Origin: Actinomycetota bacterium
GTDB taxonomy: Bacteria; Actinomycetota; Acidimicrobiia; Spongiisociales; ZC4RG35
Reading direction: 5' to 3'
Length of the DNA: 48,916 nt
Assembly (NCBI GenBank): GCA_036745195.1
Contig: DAIOGO010000002.1
Location: 23,547 to 72,462, forward strand
Shown here: piece after piece, positions 1 through 7,989 of the stretch
Numbering within the stretch: the stretch's first letter is position 1
Layout: each line of letters begins with the position of its first letter
Position numbers and translations under genes: made by a program
The notes under the pieces: model-generated
What the model saw: only the letters and a program-made list of their open reading frames with translations
Database searches by the model: none
What the model was told of the DNA's origin: nothing

Positions 1-203
1 GCCCGCTCGTAGGGGTTCTTGGCCGACCAGGTCCCAAATGCGGCGGAAGCGGCCGAGATGGCGGCCTCCGCATCGGCCCGACCTCCGAATGCGATCGGCT
101 CGATGGTCTCCTCGGTGGCCGGGTTGATGAGGTCTTTGGTGACACCATCGATGGAGTCGACCCACTGGCCATCCACCAGGAGCCGGTTGAGCGTCGAGGT
201 CAT
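1..203 (-). CDS. NAD(P)-dependent aldehyde dehydrogenase, 5' fragment (probably succinate-semialdehyde dehydrogenase); gene continues beyond the left edge
   Basis: Minus-strand ATG at 201-203 overlaps the gabT stop (ATGA). My translation, MTSTLNRLLVDGQWVDSIDGVTKDLINPATEETIEPIAFGGRADAEAAISAASAAFGTWSAKNPYER, has the typical ALDH-superfamily N-terminus. It is absent from the ORF track because it runs off the window. Sits directly downstream of gabT. Confidence 0.7.
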   Translation of the reverse strand, partial: MTSTLNRLLVDGQWVDSIDGVTKDLINPATEETIEPIAFGGRADAEAAISAASAAFGTWSAKNPYER

Positions 204-1570
204 GCGACCCCCATCGCCGCCGCCACCGCATCGACCGAATCCGACACGACGTCGAGGGCCTCGTCCAGCTCGGCATCGGTGATGTTCAAGGGTGGGAGGA
301 ACCGGACGCAGTTGGAGTAGAGACCGGCCCGGATGGTGATGACACCACGCTGGACCGTCTCGGCGCAGATGGCGGCGGTCGCCTCCATCCACGGGGCGCG
401 GGTCGAGGGGTCCTTGACGATCTCCATGACGAGCATCGATCCAATCCCGCGTACGTCTCCCACCAGCCCCGGGTGCCTACGCTGGATCTCCTCGAGTCTT
501 GCCCGCAACCGAACGCCCACGGCCACCGAGCGGGCGAGGAACGCCGGATCGGCGATCGTGTCCATCGCCTCGATGGCGGCCACACACGCCAGCGGGTTGG
601 CCGAGTAGGTTCCACCCAGCCCGCCGGGATGGGGAGCGTCCATGATCTCGGCCCGTCCCACCACCGCCGACAGCGGCATCCCTCCCGCCAGCGACTTGGC
701 GGTGAGGAGGAGATCGGGCACGACCCCGGTGTGCTCCACCGCCCACAGGGTGCCGGTGCGGCCCATCCCCGCCTGGATCTCGTCGGCCACGAGCACGATC
801 CCGTGCTGGTCGGCCAGCTCACGCAGCCTCTGCATGAACGCAGGAGGAACCGGGAGGAATCCGCCCTCCCCCAGCACCGGCTCGATCACGATGGCCGCCA
901 CGTGGCTCGGATCGACGATGGCAGTGAAACAGTGGTCGAGGTTCTGGACCGACCAGGCGATGAAGTCTGCCTCGGACAGCCCCTGCGGCCGCCGATACAG
1001 GTTGGGGAACGGAAAGCGATACACCTCGGGCGAGAACGGGCCGAACCCCTTCTTGAAGAGGTTGAACTTGGACGTCATCGCCATCGTCAGGTTGGTCCGG
1101 CCGTGATAGGCCCCGTCGAAGACGACCACCCCCTGACGTTTGGTGTAGGCCCGGCAGATGTTGACCGCCGTCTCCACCGCCTCCGCCCCGGTGTTCATGA
1201 ACACGGTCTTCTTGGCGAAGTCCCCCGGTGCCAGCCGATTGAGACGTTCGGCTGCCTCGACCAGCGGCTCATAGGTGGAGACGATGGCGGACATGTGGAT
1301 CAGGCGCTCGGCCTGGCTCTTCAATGCCTCGACCAGCCGCTCGGGGGTGTGGCCCACGGCCAGGACGCCGATCCCGCCGGCGAGGTCGATGAACCGGTTC
1401 CCGTCGACATCGGTGACGGTGGACCCGTGCGCCGACTCGATGGCCATCGGCGTCAGCTTGGCGGTCCCGGCGGCGGTGGCCGCATCCCGGCGGGCAACGA
1501 TCTCCCGGCTACGGGGCCCCGGGATCTCGGTCACCAGCCGTATGGCCGAATTCTGCGATACCACCGTCAC
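200..1570 (-). CDS. gabT: 4-aminobutyrate aminotransferase (class III PLP-dependent aminotransferase)
   Basis: 456-aa ORF with a class III aminotransferase fold throughout (GGIGVLAVGHTPERLVEAL..., ADEIQAGMGRTGTLWAVEH, LTAKSLAGGMPLSAV). GTG start at 1568-1570 is preceded by GGAGG at 5-nt spacing. Confidence 0.9.
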   Translation of the reverse strand: MTVVSQNSAIRLVTEIPGPRSREIVARRDAATAAGTAKLTPMAIESAHGSTVTDVDGNRFIDLAGGIGVLAVGHTPERLVEALKSQAERLIHMSAIVSTYEPLVEAAERLNRLAPGDFAKKTVFMNTGAEAVETAVNICRAYTKRQGVVVFDGAYHGRTNLTMAMTSKFNLFKKGFGPFSPEVYRFPFPNLYRRPQGLSEADFIAWSVQNLDHCFTAIVDPSHVAAIVIEPVLGEGGFLPVPPAFMQRLRELADQHGIVLVADEIQAGMGRTGTLWAVEHTGVVPDLLLTAKSLAGGMPLSAVVGRAEIMDAPHPGGLGGTYSANPLACVAAIEAMDTIADPAFLARSVAVGVRLRARLEEIQRRHPGLVGDVRGIGSMLVMEIVKDPSTRAPWMEATAAICAETVQRGVITIRAGLYSNCVRFLPPLNITDAELDEALDVVSDSVDAVAAAMGVA

Positions 1571-1718
1571 TTCAACCTCCTACCGCCGGGCCCCGGCGAC
1601 CATCAACTCAATCGAAACGCTGTCATCGAGGTGCCTTGCAATTCGATTCGCTCGCAACCAGGCATCGAGAGCCGAGTATCGCTTGCATAGCGGATATTCG
1701 CAAGTGATACTCCTCGGG

Positions 1719-2192
1719 ATGCGAGCCATCCGGTCAGAGCCCATCCGCGCCAACCTCGACGACATCGACAAGGCGGTCATCCGCCGCCTCCAGGAGGACG
1801 GCCGGATGTCCTATGCCGAACTGGGCCCGCTGGTGGGATTGTCACCGGCGGCGGCCCGCCAGCGGGTGATCCACCTGATCGACTCGGGGGTGATGCAGGT
1901 GGTGGCCGTCACCGACCCCACCCGGCTCGGGTTCGACATCCAGGCGATGGTCGGGTTCCAGGTCACCGGCGACCTGGAGGAGATCGCCGGTCGCCTGGCC
2001 CATATCCCCGAGGTGGAGTACCTCGTCATCACCACCGGACGCTTCGACTTTCTGGCCGAGATCCTGGCTACCACCACCGATCACTTCCTGTCCGTGCTCA
2101 ACTCGATCCGATCGATGCCGGGCGTAGCTTCGAGCGAGGTGTTCACGTACCTGCGACTCGAGAAGCAGAGCTATGACTGGGGTGTCCGCTAG
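1719..2192 (+). CDS. Lrp/AsnC family transcriptional regulator
   Basis: The real start is the internal ATG at 1719 of track ORF 1275..2192; the upstream part is antisense to gabT. MRAIRSEPIRANLDDIDKAVIRRLQEDGRMSYAELGPLVGLSPAAARQRV is a typical HTH_AsnC, followed by a RAM/AsnC_trans_reg domain. Divergent from gabT. Confidence 0.85.
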   Translation: MRAIRSEPIRANLDDIDKAVIRRLQEDGRMSYAELGPLVGLSPAAARQRVIHLIDSGVMQVVAVTDPTRLGFDIQAMVGFQVTGDLEEIAGRLAHIPEVEYLVITTGRFDFLAEILATTTDHFLSVLNSIRSMPGVASSEVFTYLRLEKQSYDWGVR

Positions 2193-2210
2193 GAACCTCC
2201 CGGACGGTCT

Positions 2211-3761
2211 TCACCGCTCGAAGACGACCTGGCCCTCCACCACCGTCATGTCGACGGCCACCGCCGCCAGGTCGGACGCCCGGTAGGGATCCTGCGACAG
2301 CACCACCAGGTCGGCCACCGATCCCCCGGCGACCCGACCTCGATCGTCGAGGTGATTGACGAACGCCGAGCCCTCCGTGAAGCCGGCCAGTGCCTGATCC
2401 AGCGAGAGCCGCTCTTCGGGGAGGAACACGCCCGTGTCGGGGTGGCCGACCTGGGTGCGGGTGACGGCTACCGAGACCTGCCACATCACGTTGGCCGAAG
2501 AGACCGGCCAGTCACTTCCCATCGCCAGAGTCGCCCCGGCCCGGGCGAGCGCCCCGAACGGGTACTGATGCCGCGCCCGCTCACCGAGGAAGGGAATCGT
2601 CAACTCGGTCATGGCCGGTTCGTTGCAGGCCCACAGCGGCTGGCAGTTGGCCACCACCCCCAGTGCCCGGAACCGGGGAACATCGGCCGGGTCGACCAGT
2701 TGGAGATGGGCGAGGTGGTGACGCCGGTCCGACGGGCCGTTTCGCCGGCGGGCGGACTCGACTGCATCGAGGGCGGATCTGACCGCTCTGTCGCCCAGGC
2801 TGTGGAAGTGACACTGGAGACCGAGGGCGTCGAGGCGGGTGACGATCTCGGCCAGATCGTCGGCGGGGATGAAATCGATGCCGAGACCGCCATCCCCGCC
2901 CTGATAGGGATGGAGCACGGCGGCAGTGAAGTTCTCCACGACCCCGTCCAGCATCAGCTTGACCGACTCCGGTCGATAACGGCCGGTTCCCTCCCGGCTC
3001 AACCTTTCGAGTTCGTCGATCTGCTCGAGTCCCCGCTGGCGGTCCCACCACAACGCTCCCCGGACCGACGCCACCAATCTCCCCGACTCGACTGCCCGGC
3101 AGTAGGCGGCGTGGTACTCGGGAGTGATCCAAGCGTCCTGCCAGGCGGTGACCCCATGTCCCAACAACCGTTGCTGGCCCCTGTCGAGGGCGAGATCGAG
3201 CTCGTCGGGGCTGTCGGGTGGCAGATGCCGCTCGACCAATCGCATCGCTCCCTCATGCAAGGTGCCCTGGGGTGAGCCGTCCGGTAGCCGTTCGATCCGT
3301 CCGTCGGGCGGATCGGAGGTGGAAGCGTCGATTCCAGCCAGGGCCAGCGCCCGGGAGTTGACCCAGGCCGAATGCCCGTCACGGACGACCAGGAAAGCCG
3401 GCCGGTCGGGGGACAGTTCGTCGAGGAGCTCTTTGGGGGGGCATCCCCGCTCGAACCAGTCGAAGGCCCAACCACCCCCCCGCAACCACTCGCCGGCCGG
3501 AGCGGCCGCCAGCCGGGACAGACCCGTGTCCCTATCCGGGTCGTCCGACATGTCACAACGAATCATCCGCAGACCGCCCTTGATCGGGTGGACGTGGGCG
3601 TCCTGGAAGCCGGGAACGAGCATCCGGCCCCGGAGATCGATGGTGCGGTGGGCAGCCTCCTCCCCGGCCACGAGGACGATCCGACCGTCGCCGACCCCCA
3701 CCGCCGCATCCGGCGGGCACCCGAACACCGGCCCGTTGACGAAGAGGAGGTCCAAATCCAT
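2211..3761 (-). CDS. amidohydrolase-family metal-dependent hydrolase (Amidohydro_3 / COG1574-like)
   Basis: 527-aa ORF with the N-terminal metal-binding motif PGFQDAHVHP and a TIM-barrel amidohydrolase-like sequence. I prefer the ATG at 3761 (MDLDLLFVNG...). A GTG at 3794 is an alternative; neither has a clear RBS. Confidence 0.75.
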   Translation of the reverse strand: MDLDLLFVNGPVFGCPPDAAVGVGDGRIVLVAGEEAAHRTIDLRGRMLVPGFQDAHVHPIKGGLRMIRCDMSDDPDRDTGLSRLAAAPAGEWLRGGGWAFDWFERGCPPKELLDELSPDRPAFLVVRDGHSAWVNSRALALAGIDASTSDPPDGRIERLPDGSPQGTLHEGAMRLVERHLPPDSPDELDLALDRGQQRLLGHGVTAWQDAWITPEYHAAYCRAVESGRLVASVRGALWWDRQRGLEQIDELERLSREGTGRYRPESVKLMLDGVVENFTAAVLHPYQGGDGGLGIDFIPADDLAEIVTRLDALGLQCHFHSLGDRAVRSALDAVESARRRNGPSDRRHHLAHLQLVDPADVPRFRALGVVANCQPLWACNEPAMTELTIPFLGERARHQYPFGALARAGATLAMGSDWPVSSANVMWQVSVAVTRTQVGHPDTGVFLPEERLSLDQALAGFTEGSAFVNHLDDRGRVAGGSVADLVVLSQDPYRASDLAAVAVDMTVVEGQVVFER

Positions 3762-3886
3762 GGACGGAATGTACTGCCCGCCGCCGCCCGCCACGGTTGA
3801 GGGGTGGCTTCGAGATTTGGTCGTCTCGAAACCCGCGCAGGGGTGGCCCTATCTGATACGGTCGCAGACGACGAGAGGAGCCAGTA

Positions 3887-4207
3887 ATGACCGACATGCC
3901 TATGCAGCCGCCCCCACCCCCGCCGCCCCCCGCCCAGGGATACCCGGAGGCCAGCCAGGCCATCACGGCCCTGGTGCTCGGAATTCTGGGAATCGTGGTC
4001 TGTCAGATCCTCGCACCGTTTGCCTGGTCGATCGGCAAGAAGGAGTTGGAGGCGATCGACGCCGGGAGGCGCCCACCTGAGAACCGGGGAAACGCCAACG
4101 CCGGCAAGATCCTCGGCATCATCGGAACCGTGATGCTGGGTCTGGGGCTGCTGGCGCTGGTCGCCGTCGTGCTCTTCACCACGGTCGCTGCGGTGACCAC
4201 TTCCTGA
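3887..4207 (+). CDS. small membrane protein with Pro-rich N-terminus, DUF4190-like
   Basis: 106 aa: MTDMPMQPPPPPPPPAQGYPE, then two hydrophobic helices flanking a conserved loop (AGRRPPENRGNANAGKILGIIG). RBS GAGAGGAG lies upstream. Confidence 0.7.
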   Translation: MTDMPMQPPPPPPPPAQGYPEASQAITALVLGILGIVVCQILAPFAWSIGKKELEAIDAGRRPPENRGNANAGKILGIIGTVMLGLGLLALVAVVLFTTVAAVTTS

Positions 4208-4247
4208 CCCGGTCTCGACAGCACCAAGCCATAGGAGGGATCTCTCC

Positions 4248-4547
4248 ATGACCGACATGCCACCTCCGCCCCCGCCACCACCCTCCTCGGGCGGGCTCCC
4301 GCCGGCCGCTGCCTACCCGGAGAAGAGCCAGGCCACGCTGGCGCTGGTGCTCTCGATATTCGGGTTCTGCTGCTGGCCGACGGCCCTCGCCGGACTCATC
4401 ATCGCCAACAACGAAAAGCAGGGGATCACCGCCGGTCGGCGGGATCCGAGCACGGCCGGCACCGCCCAGGCGGCCTTCATCATCGGCATCGTCATGCTGG
4501 TGATCGGGCTCGGGACCTCTTTCTTTGCGTTCAACATGCGGGGTTGA
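4248..4547 (+). CDS. small membrane protein with Pro-rich N-terminus, DUF4190-like (tandem paralog of 3887..4207)
   Basis: 99 aa with the same architecture. The first 14 nt (atgaccgacatgcc) are identical to the upstream paralog. RBS GGAGGG lies upstream. Confidence 0.7.
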   Translation: MTDMPPPPPPPPSSGGLPPAAAYPEKSQATLALVLSIFGFCCWPTALAGLIIANNEKQGITAGRRDPSTAGTAQAAFIIGIVMLVIGLGTSFFAFNMRG

Positions 4548-4945
4548 TGGTGCTGCTCGTTCGGACATCGGTGAAGGTACGGCAGTGGCCTTGGCTGCTG
4601 CCCCCAGCGCTATTCGCCTTTCTCTCGTGGGGGCCTGCCACCCAGGGCCCGACGACCTGTCCTTTCGCCATCGTCACCGGCCAGGCGTGTCCGCTCTGTG
4701 GTGGCACCCGGGCCGCCTCGGCCCTGGTGCGGGGAGATCTCGACCTGGCCTGGCAGATGCACCCCGTCATCTTCGTTGCCGCACCGCTGTTTGTGCTCGG
4801 CTTCGTCCGCTGGTTGAGGGTACGAAACGGGACGACGGCCCCGCTGCCGGCGCGTACGGTCAATCTCGCCCTCACCGTCCTGGGAGCAGCGCTGGTTGCG
4901 CTGTGGGTGGTCCGAGGCTTGACGGGAACGCTGCCACCGGTGTGA
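4544..4945 (+). CDS. DUF2752-like membrane protein
   Basis: 133 aa with the motif CPFAIVTGQACPLCGGTRA followed by hydrophobic helices. The start overlaps the previous stop (ATGA). Confidence 0.7.
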   Translation: MMVLLVRTSVKVRQWPWLLPPALFAFLSWGPATQGPTTCPFAIVTGQACPLCGGTRAASALVRGDLDLAWQMHPVIFVAAPLFVLGFVRWLRVRNGTTAPLPARTVNLALTVLGAALVALWVVRGLTGTLPPV

Positions 4946-4950
4946 GAACC

Positions 4951-5262
4951 GATTAACGATTAACGAAGAAGGAAGAAGGAAGAAGGTTTCAGGTTGAAGG
5001 GTGCATGTTGCAGGTTGGGAACCTTGCCCCTGGACCTTGGACCTGGACCTTGGACCTGGACCTTGAACCTTGAACCTCTCAACCTTCCTGCCGATGCCCG
5101 ATAGCCTGCTGGCCTCAGGTTCAACGGTGCAAGTTGAAGGGTTTGAAACCTTGCACCTGGACCTTGAACCTCTGAACCTTCTAGCCGATGCCCGACAGCC
5201 GATGCCCGACGGCCTTGGGCGCAAGACGCACGACGCAAGACGCAAGGCGCAAGACGCATGAC
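4951..5262. repeat. composite heptanucleotide-array locus A (inverted relative to loci B-D)
   Basis: Arrays in order: (GATTAAC)x2 4951-4964; (GAAGAAG)x3 4965-4985; TGGACCT/TGAACCT runs 5031-5085 and 5158-5179; 14-mer AGCCGATGCCCGAC x2 5183-5210 (degenerate copy 5089-5106); (GCAAGAC-type)x6 5221-5262. A unit of about 100-127 bp is internally duplicated (4986-5112 vs 5113-5214). The locus fills the whole spacer between convergent genes. Confidence 0.9.
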
Positions 5263-5266
5263 GGGC

Positions 5267-6331
5267 TTATCGGATCACCAACTCGGGGTGGGTGCGGACT
5301 CGGGGCTTGCGGGCTACCACTGCTTCGGCCAGTTGGTCGAAGGCGGCTTCGGCCTCGCTCCCGGGGGCGGCCAGGGCCACCGGCACCCCCGCGTCGGCGC
5401 CTGCTCGCATCTCGGGCAACAACGGGATCCTGGCCATCAGCGGCACGTCGACCTCCCGGGCCAGCAACTCGCCGCCACCCTCACCGAACAGGTGGTAGCG
5501 GCGGCCGTCGTCACCCGTGAACCAGGCCATGTTCTCGACCACCCCCATCACCTCCTGGTTGACCTTGGCCGCCATCAGGGCGGCGCGGCGGGCCACCCGC
5601 TGGGCGGTGGGCTGGGGGGTGGTCACCAGCAGCACCTGCGCTCGCGGCAGGAACTGGGACAATGAGATGGACACGTCCCCGGTTCCGGGGGGCATGTCGA
5701 CCAGCAACACGTCGGGCTCGTCCCACCAGACGTCCTTGAGGAACTGCTCGATCGCCTTGTGGAGCATCGGGCCCCGCCAGATGACCGCCTGATCGTCGCC
5801 GACGAAGTAGTCCATCGACATGGCCTTCACCCCGTGGGCGGTGGGGGGGATGATGGACTCGTCGATGACCACCGGCGGGTGTTCGATCCCGAGCATGCGC
5901 GGGATCGAGAACCCCCAGATGTCGGCGTCGATCACCCCCACCGAGAGCCCCCGCCTGGTCATCGCCACCGCCAGATTGGTGGTCACCGAGGACTTGCCCA
6001 CCCCGCCTTTGCCGGACGCCACTGCCACCACCCGGGTCCGCGAGCCGGTTTCGCCCACTCCCGGTCCGGCGGCGGACCGGAGGGCCGTCATCATCGATGA
6101 GCGCTCCTCGTCCGTCATCAACTGGAACTCGACCTTGGCACCGGGAGCGATCTCCCCGATCGAGGCCTCGAAGAAAGGAACACCCTGGTGTTGAGGAACC
6201 GGCACCAGGATCGTCACCCGGGGGGCACCGAGACGGCGCTCCTCCAGACCTCCCACCATGCCGAGGTCGGCGAGGGACCGCCCGAGGAGGGGGTCCCGGA
6301 TGGCTCCGATGCGGGTGAGCAGGTCAGACAC
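5267..6331 (-). CDS. mrp: Mrp/ApbC/NBP35-family ATP-binding iron-sulfur cluster carrier
   Basis: 354 aa: N-terminal DUF59-like region, then a deviant Walker A (VASGKGGVGKSSVTTNLA) and a MinD/ParA-type fold. GTG start. Confidence 0.85.
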   Translation of the reverse strand: MSDLLTRIGAIRDPLLGRSLADLGMVGGLEERRLGAPRVTILVPVPQHQGVPFFEASIGEIAPGAKVEFQLMTDEERSSMMTALRSAAGPGVGETGSRTRVVAVASGKGGVGKSSVTTNLAVAMTRRGLSVGVIDADIWGFSIPRMLGIEHPPVVIDESIIPPTAHGVKAMSMDYFVGDDQAVIWRGPMLHKAIEQFLKDVWWDEPDVLLVDMPPGTGDVSISLSQFLPRAQVLLVTTPQPTAQRVARRAALMAAKVNQEVMGVVENMAWFTGDDGRRYHLFGEGGGELLAREVDVPLMARIPLLPEMRAGADAGVPVALAAPGSEAEAAFDQLAEAVVARKPRVRTHPELVIR

Positions 6332-6388
6332 AGGTGATTTCCCCTATCCAGATCGTGTTTAGAAAGGTCCGGCAACTATACTTGCGGG

Positions 6389-7117
6389 GTGTCCAGTCCG
6401 ATTTCGGCCGCCTCCCGACTCCTCGATGAGAGCATCGGTGACATCACCTCGGCCCTGGGAGATCCCACCCGCCGGGCGGTGTTCATCGCCGTCCGCGAGG
6501 CAGCCGGACCGGTGACGAGCGCAGACATCGCCGAACTGTTCCTCATCCATCCCAATGTCGCCCGCCATCATCTCGACAAACTGGCCGCCGACGGGTACCT
6601 CGAGGTGACCCGACGCCGGCAGACCGGCCGCAGCGGGCCGGGGGCGGGGCGACCCGCCAAGTGCTACACCGCCAGCGGCAAGGGCATCGACCTCCATTTC
6701 CCCGCCCGGCGCCACGACCTGCTGGTGGAACTGCTGGTGAGGATCATCGAGCGGACCGGTTCGGCCGACATCGCCGCCATCGCCGAATCGGTCGGCCGCG
6801 AATACGGTGAGGAACTGGCCGAAGAGATCGGTTCGCCCGGGGATGCCGAGTACGCCACCGCAGTGACCGCCATCGCCCGGGCCATGAGCGGTCTTGGCTT
6901 TCAGATGTCGGCCGATCCGGGGGCGGGTCGTTTGACCACCTCGTCCTGCCCGTTCGGCGACGCCGCCGCCGGTCATCCCGAGGTGCTGTGCTCGCTCGAC
7001 CGGGGAATCGTGTCGGGGCTGTTCGAGGGGATGAATCAGCCATGTGCCCCCGTCCTCCATCCCGATCTCGATGTGGCGTGCATCACCGAGGTCCCCGTCT
7101 CGATCACCTCGCGATAA
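6389..7117 (+). CDS. winged-helix transcriptional regulator, COG2345 (ArsR-like / SufR-like) with C-terminal Cys cluster
   Basis: 242 aa: DPTRRAVFIAVREAAGPVTSADIAELFLIHPNVARHHLDKLAADGYLEV...GRPAKCYTAS is the COG2345 wHTH. The C-terminus carries four Cys (SSCPFG-x-LCSLDRG-x-QPCAP-x-VACITE). GTG start; divergent from mrp. Confidence 0.7.
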   Translation: MSSPISAASRLLDESIGDITSALGDPTRRAVFIAVREAAGPVTSADIAELFLIHPNVARHHLDKLAADGYLEVTRRRQTGRSGPGAGRPAKCYTASGKGIDLHFPARRHDLLVELLVRIIERTGSADIAAIAESVGREYGEELAEEIGSPGDAEYATAVTAIARAMSGLGFQMSADPGAGRLTTSSCPFGDAAAGHPEVLCSLDRGIVSGLFEGMNQPCAPVLHPDLDVACITEVPVSITSR

Positions 7118-7130
7118 CCAGGATGTGCCA

Positions 7131-7949
7131 GTGCCGACGCTGACCATCGGTTCCGACCGCGCCACCGCCGTCATCTCGCCCAAACACGGCGGCTCCGTGC
7201 TCCGTTTCGACGTGGACGGGAGGCCGGCCCTCCGACCCGCAGCCGGTTCGCTCGACCCGCGCCAGCTCGCCTGTTTCCCTCTGGTCCCCTACTGCAATCG
7301 CATCGCCGGAGGGCGATTCGAACATGGCGGAACCGTGGTCGAGTTGAGCCCCAACATCGAGGGTGAGCCGCATCCACTGCACGGACATGGGTGGTTGGAG
7401 CGGTGGCACGTGGAACGGGCGGACGCCGCCGGCGCCGAGATCACGCTCACCTACCCGGCAGGCTCGTGGCCATGGCGCTACCGGGCGACACAGCGATTCT
7501 CGGTGGAGGGAGCTCGCCTCGACATCGCTCTCGACCTCACCAACCTGTCCGATCGACCGATGCCGGCTGGGATCGGTCTGCACCCCTACTTCGAACGTCC
7601 CGCCCGCATCTCCGTCAACCTGGACGGACGCTGGATCGGCCCCAGCACCATCCCCACCCGGTGGGAGGAGCACTCCGGGTTTCGTTCGGTGGACACAGAC
7701 TCGATCGTGACGGACGGCACCTACACCGGATGGGACGGCAAGGCCGTCATCGACGCCAACGGACGACGAATCGTGCTGACCGCCGACACCAGGCTGCTTC
7801 ATGTCTTCAGCCCTCCCGGAATGGGCTTCTTCTGTCTCGAACCGGTCACGGCCGCCCCCGATGCGTTGAATCACCCCGATCGAGGCCTCACCGAGATCGC
7901 TCCCTCCGAGTCGATGTCCATCGGAATGAGTATCTCGGTCGAGAACTGA
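7131..7949 (+). CDS. aldose 1-epimerase family protein
   Basis: Track ORF 7044..7949 overlaps the upstream gene. In-frame GTGs at 7125 and 7131 follow the upstream stop (7115-7117), and AGGA at 7119-7122 favours 7131. The sequence (PLVPYCNRIAGGRFEHGG..., HPLHGHGW, GIGLHPYF) resembles galactose-mutarotase-like proteins. Confidence 0.65.
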   Translation: MPTLTIGSDRATAVISPKHGGSVLRFDVDGRPALRPAAGSLDPRQLACFPLVPYCNRIAGGRFEHGGTVVELSPNIEGEPHPLHGHGWLERWHVERADAAGAEITLTYPAGSWPWRYRATQRFSVEGARLDIALDLTNLSDRPMPAGIGLHPYFERPARISVNLDGRWIGPSTIPTRWEEHSGFRSVDTDSIVTDGTYTGWDGKAVIDANGRRIVLTADTRLLHVFSPPGMGFFCLEPVTAAPDALNHPDRGLTEIAPSESMSIGMSISVEN

Positions 7950-7989
7950 GTCCGGTCGGCTCGCGACGGTGGCTCGGTAGACTCGCCGC

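Noticed and set aside
19-282. 87-aa plus-strand ORF at the left edge
   Set aside because: It is antisense to the aldehyde dehydrogenase N-terminus and the gabT C-terminus, both of which have clear family signatures.
1571-1718. Specific operator call in the gabT/lrp divergent region (short inverted repeats such as CTTGC-13 nt-GCAAG)
   Set aside because: The repeats are short and imperfect. Without a known consensus or comparative data I cannot distinguish them from chance.
4951-5262. IS element / MITE interpretation of the composite repeat loci
   Set aside because: I could see no transposase, terminal inverted repeats or target-site duplications. The loci consist of tandem arrays rather than a unique core.
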